Assembly: GCF_963676685.1 (NCBI RefSeq)
Contig: NC_092355.1
Span: 72,850,001 to 72,914,000 of the forward strand
Direction: 5' to 3'
Origin: Mytilus edulis
Taxonomy: Eukaryota
Length of the DNA stretch: 64,000 nucleotides
Each line of letters opens with the position of its first letter. Within the stretch, counting starts at the first letter, position 1. The notes beneath the pieces were generated by a model, which had not been told where the DNA came from, made no database searches, and was given only the letters and a program-made list of their open reading frames with translations. Below are positions 63,379 to 64,000 of the stretch, one piece after another. The position numbers and the translations under genes are program-made.

Positions 63379-63646
63379 GTAATGAATTACTAATGAACTA
63401 CCAATGAACTACTAAGAAACTAATAAGAAACTACTAATGAACTACTAAGAAACTAATAACAAACTACTAATGAACTACTAATGAACTCTTAAGAAACTAC
63501 TAATGAACTCTTAAGAAACTACTAATGAATTACTAATGAACTACCAATGAACTACTAAGAAACTAATAAGAAAATACTAAGGAACTTCAAATGAACTACT
63601 TATGAACTACTAATGAGCTACTAATGAACTACTGATGAACTACTAA
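63379..63646 (+). repeat. 11-bp tandem repeat (CTAATGAACTA)n starting at the exon 6 donor
   Basis: gtaatgaatta ctaatgaacta ccaatgaacta ctaagaaac...; over 20 degenerate units. Confidence 0.9.
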
Positions 63647-64000
63647 AATAAATATGTACTTAGAAATAAGAAGATGTGGTATGAGTACCAATGAGACAAC
63701 TCTCCATTCATGTACAATTTGTAAAAGTAAACCTCTATAGGTCAAACACGGTCAATCCTCAACATGGAGCCTTGGAACACACCAAACAGCAAGCCACAAA
63801 AGGCCCTTAAAATTACTAGTGTAAAACATTTCAAACGGAAAAACCAATGAACTTCTCCATTCCAGGAAATACACCGTATCAAAGTATGGTATTTAACACA
63901 GAGCAATGGCTCCCACCAAACAGCAAGCTATTAAGGGTCACAAAAAGACTAGACAGTGTAAAAACCTTCAAACTTGAAAACCAATGGGCTAATCTATTTA

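Overview
AT-rich eukaryotic (animal) genomic DNA with GT-AG introns and dense interspersed repeats. The gene families and repeat types point to a bivalve mollusc, most likely a Mytilus mussel (inference). Host genes: (i) a 4-coding-exon inhibitor-of-apoptosis gene (2 BIR, UBA-like, RING; 555 aa; minus strand, 16957-25144); (ii) two tandem RING-less TRIM-like genes (2 B-boxes, coiled coil, beta-propeller) with single coding exons at 31304-32962 and 36679-38350, the second broken by one extra A; (iii) a tetraspanin (six phase-0 exons, 55713-63378, continuing past the window); (iv) a decayed small membrane-protein ORF near 12.3-12.8 kb. Mobile DNA: a full-length, uninterrupted LINE (about 48534-53905, minus) whose ORF1 and ORF2 are in the same frame, separated by a single TAG, with no AUG before the first endonuclease motif; a nest of TAG...CTA-ended DNA transposons at 4006-11536 that includes a decayed XPG-domain Academ element; a 350-nt hammerhead-ribozyme retrozyme inside an IAP intron plus several dispersed hammerhead copies; Helitron/Helentron, Penelope-like, SINE and MITE remnants. 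All calls come from reading the sequence; no searches were run.
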